Shown here: positions 63,852 through 64,000 of the stretch, in pieces
How the letters are laid out: each line of letters begins with the position of its first letter
Numbering within the stretch: position 1 is the stretch's first letter
DNA from: an uncultured Bacteroidales bacterium
Lineage (GTDB): Bacteria > Bacteroidota > Bacteroidia > Bacteroidales > FEN-979
Length of the DNA stretch: 64,000 nt
Assembly: GCA_903885595.1 (NCBI GenBank)
Contig: CAISJJ010000019.1
Location: 8,697 to 72,696, forward strand
Direction of reading: 5' to 3'
Position numbers and translations under genes: made by a program
The notes under the pieces: model-generated
The model's input: the letters and a program-made list of their open reading frames with translations, nothing else
Databases searched by the model: none
Told to the model about the DNA's origin: nothing

Positions 63852-64000
63852 ATGAATGCTTATAAATGTCAAAAATGTGGCACATTAACAGGTGGGAATG
63901 AAAAGTTTTGCAATTTGTGCGGGCACCCACTGAATGGGGAATCCCTAACTTGCGGCGAAACATGGCGGTTTTTATCTGATTACAGGCTTTTTCCTGGTTT
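63852..64000 (+). CDS. Zinc-ribbon protein, N-terminal part (runs off the right edge)
   Basis: The ATG at 63852 is preceded by GGAGGT (63843-63848). Translation gives MNAYKCQKCGTLTGGNEKFCNLCGHPLNGESLTCGETWRFLSDYRLFPG..., with a CxxC-x12-CxxC zinc ribbon. Confidence 0.5.
   Translation, partial: MNAYKCQKCGTLTGGNEKFCNLCGHPLNGESLTCGETWRFLSDYRLFPG

Noticed and set aside
1-64000. tRNA, rRNA, riboswitch (cobalamin or SAM), integrase, restriction-modification or toxin-antitoxin genes
   Set aside because: I scanned the intergenic regions by eye for T-loop (GGTTCGAATCC-like) motifs, B12-box-like motifs and typical small gene pairs, and found none. This is a visual negative, not a computed one (tRNAscan-SE or Infernal would be decisive).

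Overview
This 64-kb window reads as a Bacteroidota chromosome segment. The signs are T9SS C-terminal sorting domains, many SpII lipoproteins with C-K-K-D/E tails, TAnnTTTG -7 promoter boxes and almost no Shine-Dalgarno sites. It is probably from an anaerobe, because it carries an anSME plus four more radical-SAM enzymes. I can support about 50 protein genes and about 7 decayed genes or gene fragments. I found no rRNA, tRNA, CRISPR array or intact mobile element by eye.

Gene content, left to right:
- a partial SBBP propeller gene and an HExxH (DUF4932-like) protein
- a membrane AraC regulator and an ECF sigma / anti-sigma / lipoprotein operon
- two paralogous BNR (Asp-box) double-propeller T9SS cargo genes
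- a four-gene lipoprotein hydrolase block bracketed by a duplicated LIP-like lipase
- an isochorismatase-like gene
- an Omp85/TamA-like gene followed by a PLC/P1-nuclease-like protein
- a YXWGXW-repeat protein
- an AT-rich islet of decayed genes (23.4-27.4 kb)
- a two-component system
- TIGR03067 and delta-60-repeat proteins
- an anSME
- an OMP / lipase / OMP trio
- SBP and BMP lipoproteins
- a radical-SAM-dense operon (42.7-51.9 kb) facing a divergent HATPase + polyferredoxin pair
- GH13 amylase and HAD hydrolase genes
- a 1763-aa kinase-like / AAA / GAF / PAS / histidine-kinase protein

The best candidate for an undescribed system is the radical-SAM operon. It has four intact rSAM enzymes (one membrane-anchored), one dead copy, two acyl/aminoacyl-transferase-fold proteins, and a divergent membrane polyferredoxin. 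I cannot match this set to any pathway I know.

The second notable signal is a conserved element of about 65-90 nt. It has an inverted repeat with one compensatory base-pair change, and it sits just upstream of three unrelated minus-strand genes.

All family names come from motif recognition and memory. No searches were run. Identity and composition statements are by-eye estimates.
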